Of a stretch of DNA of 32,000 nt, positions 28,488 to 32,000 are shown piece by piece. Where the stretch lies: assembly GCF_003367075.2 (NCBI RefSeq), contig NZ_CP065936.1, positions 1,470,001 to 1,502,000 of the forward strand, read 5' to 3'. Position 1 is the first letter of the stretch, and every line of letters begins with the position of its first letter. A program made the translations under genes and the position numbers. This DNA is from Cylindrospermopsis raciborskii Cr2010. Lineage in GTDB: Bacteria > Cyanobacteriota > Cyanobacteriia > Cyanobacteriales > Nostocaceae. The notes under the pieces were generated by a model. That model worked only from the letters and a program-made list of their open reading frames with translations. It made no database searches and was not told the DNA's origin.

Positions 28488-29171
28488 ATGACTATTTGGT
28501 TTGTGTGGTGTGGGTTGGTAATTATATTAGCCTATCTATTGGGTTCCTTTCCCACAGGATATCTGGTGGGTAAAATATTAAAAGGCATTGATATTAGACA
28601 AGTCGGATCTGGCTCTACTGGTGCAACTAATGTTTTGAGAACTTTAGGTAAAGGTCCAGGTGCTTTTGTACTAATCATTGACTGTTTGAAAGGAGTTCTA
28701 GCCATTAATTTAGTGTATATATTATACAGTAGTCAATTGAACTTAATGGATAGCAGTTTAAATGTGGAAGCATGGCAATCGTGGTTAGTCACCTCAGTAG
28801 GGTTGATGGCAATATTGGGACATAGCAAGTCCATATTTTTAGGTTTTACTGGTGGTAAGTCAGTAGCTACCAGCTTAGGTATTTTATTAGCAATAAATTG
28901 GCAAGTAGGTCTAGGTACTCTGGGTGTGTTTGTAGTGATGATTGCCATATCTAAAATTGTTTCTTTAAGTTCCATTGCTGGTGCAATTGCTGTTTCCATT
29001 TTGATGGTAGTTTTTCAACAACCCTTGGCTTATATTATATTTAGCTTGCTTGGTGGTTTGTATGTAATTATTCGTCACCGTAGTAATATTGACAGACTAT
29101 TAGCAGGTAAAGAACCAAAAATTGGACAAAAGGTGGAAACTCAGTCAGAACAACTAACCGGGGAAGGTTGA
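28488..29171 (+). CDS. plsY: Glycerol-3-phosphate acyltransferase PlsY
   Basis: 'LLGSFPTGYLVGKILKGIDIRQVGSGSTGATNVLRTLGKGPGAFVLIIDCLKG' and 'HSKSIFLGFTGGKSVATSLG'. Confidence 0.95.
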   Translation: MTIWFVWCGLVIILAYLLGSFPTGYLVGKILKGIDIRQVGSGSTGATNVLRTLGKGPGAFVLIIDCLKGVLAINLVYILYSSQLNLMDSSLNVEAWQSWLVTSVGLMAILGHSKSIFLGFTGGKSVATSLGILLAINWQVGLGTLGVFVVMIAISKIVSLSSIAGAIAVSILMVVFQQPLAYIIFSLLGGLYVIIRHRSNIDRLLAGKEPKIGQKVETQSEQLTGEG

Positions 29172-29234
29172 CGTTTCTTGCTTTTACCTAAGCTGAGTGA
29201 ACGTAGGTTAGGTTGATTAAACTCAACACCTGCA

Positions 29235-29345
29235 CCAATTAGAGTACGCTTGTGGAACGTTCGGCATAACTAACCTCTGCACAAAAACGGTTCCAATCAA
29301 TCCCCGTCTCTTTAGAGCGGGGAGAAGTCAACATCATCATTTTTC
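29235..29345 (+). mobile_element. Possible relic of an IS200/IS605-type (TnpB-only) element end
   Basis: Hairpin 'CCCCGtCTCtttaGAGCGGGG' followed by 'agaagtcaac', preceded by a short frame 'LEYACGTFGITNLCTKTVPINPRLFRAGRSQ' that resembles a TnpB C-terminal tail reading into the right-end hairpin. Confidence 0.3.
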
Positions 29346-29401
29346 CTTGAGAAGATGCTATTGGTTTATCTCCTGACGAAAATCGTTTTTAAGACTTAAA
29401 C

Positions 29402-29689
29402 TTAGCGAAATTGACTTGATAAACAAGCCACAAAAATTGTACTAAAAATAGCTGTGACTATTGCAGCGAGTAAAACTCCTTTAGCAATAGTATCTATCAA
29501 GTTTCTTCTTAACAAACTTATTTCTTTTAACAACTCTTCATGAGTCGTTTTTATTTGTTTAACTTCGTTTAATAAAAATTTTACTTCTGAGCGATTTAAG
29601 TTTTCTAATTCGTAATTTACGTTTTCCAATTCATATCTAATATTTTGTAATTCTTTTAAAGATTCTGTCGAATTATTATTGTTTGACAT
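29402..29689 (-). CDS. Small hypothetical protein: coiled coil plus one C-terminal transmembrane segment
   Basis: 95 aa; 'LKELQNIRYELENVNYELENLNRSEVKFLLNEVKQIKTTHEELLKEISLLRRNLIDTIAKGVLLAAIVTAIFSTIFVACLSS'. Confidence 0.6.
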   Translation of the reverse strand: MSNNNNSTESLKELQNIRYELENVNYELENLNRSEVKFLLNEVKQIKTTHEELLKEISLLRRNLIDTIAKGVLLAAIVTAIFSTIFVACLSSQFR

Positions 29690-30210
29690 AATTAACTCTC
29701 TAAATTTTAAACGTGGAAGGAATCTATAGCCTTAGAAGGGTTTACCTCCCATTTATTGGTCAGGCGATCGCTCGTAGGGGGTGGTTTGCGATCGCACCTC
29801 TTACCTAGGGTATCCCCCTAAAATTAAATCATCACAACATGCGATCGCTCTGCCAACTTACTGTTCTCGGATAGAATTGTGTTGGTCAAAATTAAAGCAA
29901 TTTCTCCGTAGTCGTGAGGCACGAAAATTAGAACCCGCTCTATAGGATCTACCCAAAGCTACCCAGACTTCACGGATCTGGACTTTAGAACCTACTTCCT
30001 GTTTCATCGTAGTCTCAAGATGATTCTTGAGAGGTTTGTCTACTCCACAAGCTATCTCGGTAGAGCTTACCTGGGAGTTATTTAGTCCAGGGGGACGCAC
30101 TATTACCGTCATTCGCAGTTAGTCGCGAAGCACTGGGTACGCGAAATCGCCATTGTTGTTTAAATCATTAATGTTAGGTTTCCTAGCGTCAACCCAACCT
30201 ACAAACTTAA

Positions 30211-30465
<255 letters not shown>

Positions 30466-30492
30466 TAATTTAATAACCAATACTGGTAAATG

Positions 30493-30524
30493 AAAAGCTC
30501 CTCACCTGGTGGGGGGCTTTTTTT
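30493..30524 (+). terminator. Rho-independent terminator downstream of the psbA fragment
   Basis: AAAAGCTCCTCACCTGGTGGGGGGCTTTTTTT hairpin with a T-run. Confidence 0.85.
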
Positions 30525-30657
30525 ATGGCGTATTATTTGAGTAATGCCATGAGTTGAGGGTGTTGGGTGCTGGTTTCAATGAAGATCCCTTATGAGCTGG
30601 TCTATAGAGGTTCTAGAATAAAATCGGTAAGGTTATTTTTAAAAACTCCTTCTCACC

Positions 30658-32000
30658 ATGCCCAAACACTTTAATACTGCTGGTCCTTGCCAATCTGATA
30701 TCCACTATATGCTCTCCCCAACGGTTCGACTACCGGATTTGAAAGCACTAATTGATGGTCGCAATTACTTTATCATTCATGCGCCGCGACAAGTAGGCAA
30801 AACCACCGCTATGATAGCTCTAGCTCAAGAATTGACTGATAGTGGGGAATACACCGCCGTCATGCTCTCTGTGGAAGTAGGATCGGGATTTTCCCATAAT
30901 CCCCAGCAAGCGGAGCAGGTTATTTTACAAGAATGGAAACAGGCAATTAAGTTTTACTTACCCAAAGAACTACAACCATCCTATTGGCCAGAGGGTGAAA
31001 CAGACTCAGGAATAGGCAAAACTTTAAGTGAGTGGTCTACCCAATCTCCAAGACCTCTTGTAATCTTTTTAGATGAAATAGATTCCCTGACAGATGAAGC
31101 TTTAATCTTTATTTTAAGACAATTACGTTCGGGTTTTCCCCGTCGTCCCCGGGCGTTTCCCCATTCGGTGGGGTTGATTGGTATGCGGGATGTGCGGGAC
31201 TATAAGGTTAAATCCGGTGGAAGTGAAAGACTTAATACTTCCAGTCCTTTCAATATCAAGGCTGAGTCTTTAACCCTCAGTAATTTTACTTTATCAGAAG
31301 TAGAAGAACTTTACTTACAACATACACAAGCTACAGGACAGGTGTTTACCCCGGAAGCCATCCATCAGGCATTTTATTTGACCGATGGACAACCGTGGTT
31401 AGTCAACGCCCTAGCTCGTCAAGCTACCCAGGTTTTGGTGAAAGACATTACCCAACCCATTACTGCTGAAGTCATTAACCGAGCCAAAGAAATTCTCATT
31501 CAGCGCCAGGATACTCATTTAGACAGCTTAGCAGAAAGATTACGGGAAGAGCGGGTCAAAACCATTATTGAACCAATTTTAGCAGGTGAAGATTTACCTG
31601 ATGTACCCCAGGATGATATTCGTTACGTCCTGGATTTAGGACTGTGTCGAGACCGAGGACAGGGTTTGGAAATTGCCAATCCAATTTATCGGGAAGTTCT
31701 ACCCTTGGTGTTAAGTTACACAACCAGAGCTTCCATTGGAGTTATTGAACCTCGTTGGTTAAATGAACAGGGGGAGCTATTACCCGATGAATTATTGGAA
31801 GCATTTCTGGAGTTTTGGCGACAACATGGGGAACCACTACTCAAAAGTGCGCCCTATCATGAAATCGCTCCCCATTTAGTGTTAATGGCATTTTTACATC
31901 GGGTGGTAAATGGTGGTGGTACGTTAGAACGGGAATATGCCATTGGTTCTGGAAGGATGGATATTTGTTTACGCTATGGCAAAGTGGTGATGGGCATAGA
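30658..32000 (+). CDS. AAA-like ATPase with probable C-terminal PD-(D/E)XK nuclease-type domain (partial, runs off the window end)
   Basis: Not in the ORF track (no stop in window) but open from ATG 30658 to the end: 'MPKHFNTAGPCQSDIHYMLSPTVRLPDLKALIDGRNYFIIHAPRQVGKTTAMIALAQEL' (Walker A), 'LVIFLDEIDSLTD' (Walker B), C-terminal 'GSGRMDICLRYGKVVMGI...' resembling the D...E-x-K core. Confidence 0.85.
   Translation, partial: MPKHFNTAGPCQSDIHYMLSPTVRLPDLKALIDGRNYFIIHAPRQVGKTTAMIALAQELTDSGEYTAVMLSVEVGSGFSHNPQQAEQVILQEWKQAIKFYLPKELQPSYWPEGETDSGIGKTLSEWSTQSPRPLVIFLDEIDSLTDEALIFILRQLRSGFPRRPRAFPHSVGLIGMRDVRDYKVKSGGSERLNTSSPFNIKAESLTLSNFTLSEVEELYLQHTQATGQVFTPEAIHQAFYLTDGQPWLVNALARQATQVLVKDITQPITAEVINRAKEILIQRQDTHLDSLAERLREERVKTIIEPILAGEDLPDVPQDDIRYVLDLGLCRDRGQGLEIANPIYREVLPLVLSYTTRASIGVIEPRWLNEQGELLPDELLEAFLEFWRQHGEPLLKSAPYHEIAPHLVLMAFLHRVVNGGGTLEREYAIGSGRMDICLRYGKVVMGI

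Noticed and set aside
29858-30112. 84-aa minus-strand ORF near the psbA fragment
   Set aside because: Some segments look protein-like, but there is no recognisable domain and it ends in frame-shadow sequence around a HIP1-rich region. Left unannotated rather than called a gene.

Overview
Chromosomal window from a filamentous heterocystous-type cyanobacterium. The gene content and dispersed-repeat style resemble Nostocales, possibly Raphidiopsis/Cylindrospermopsis; this assignment is inference. Most of the window is housekeeping: an iron-uptake-type porin with an SLH domain, a Crp/Fnr regulator, a panC-cmk fusion, an RlpA-family protein, an SLH plus glycosyl-hydrolase-like protein, TlyA, DUF29, class I lysyl-tRNA synthetase, D-Ala-D-Ala carboxypeptidase, thioredoxin, a GuaB3-type protein, two sulfate-binding proteins with cysT/cysW, ileS, tRNA-Gln(UUG), a DUF3086 protein and plsY. 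The parts worth a second look are accessory or intergenic. (1) A 184-bp tandem repeat at the left edge contains a palindromic repeat that recurs near 25.6 kb. (2) A degenerate CRISPR-like mini-array (3 repeats, 2 spacers, no cas genes) lies next to a cluster of hairpins and an apparently solitary beta-class DNA methyltransferase. (3) A remnant of the 5' leader and start of an AAA/PD-(D/E)XK-type ATPase gene at 5.8 kb matches the intact copy starting at 30,658. (4) A 59-codon 3' fragment of psbA sits at 30.3 kb. (5) A 48-bp in-frame tandem duplication extends the thioredoxin C-terminus. (6) A class I-type LysRS occurs in a cyanobacterium. I did not find convincing evidence of a complete novel multigene defence or mobile system. 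The 3.8-5.9 kb and 29.2-32 kb regions are the best places to look. All calls come from reading the sequence; no searches were run.
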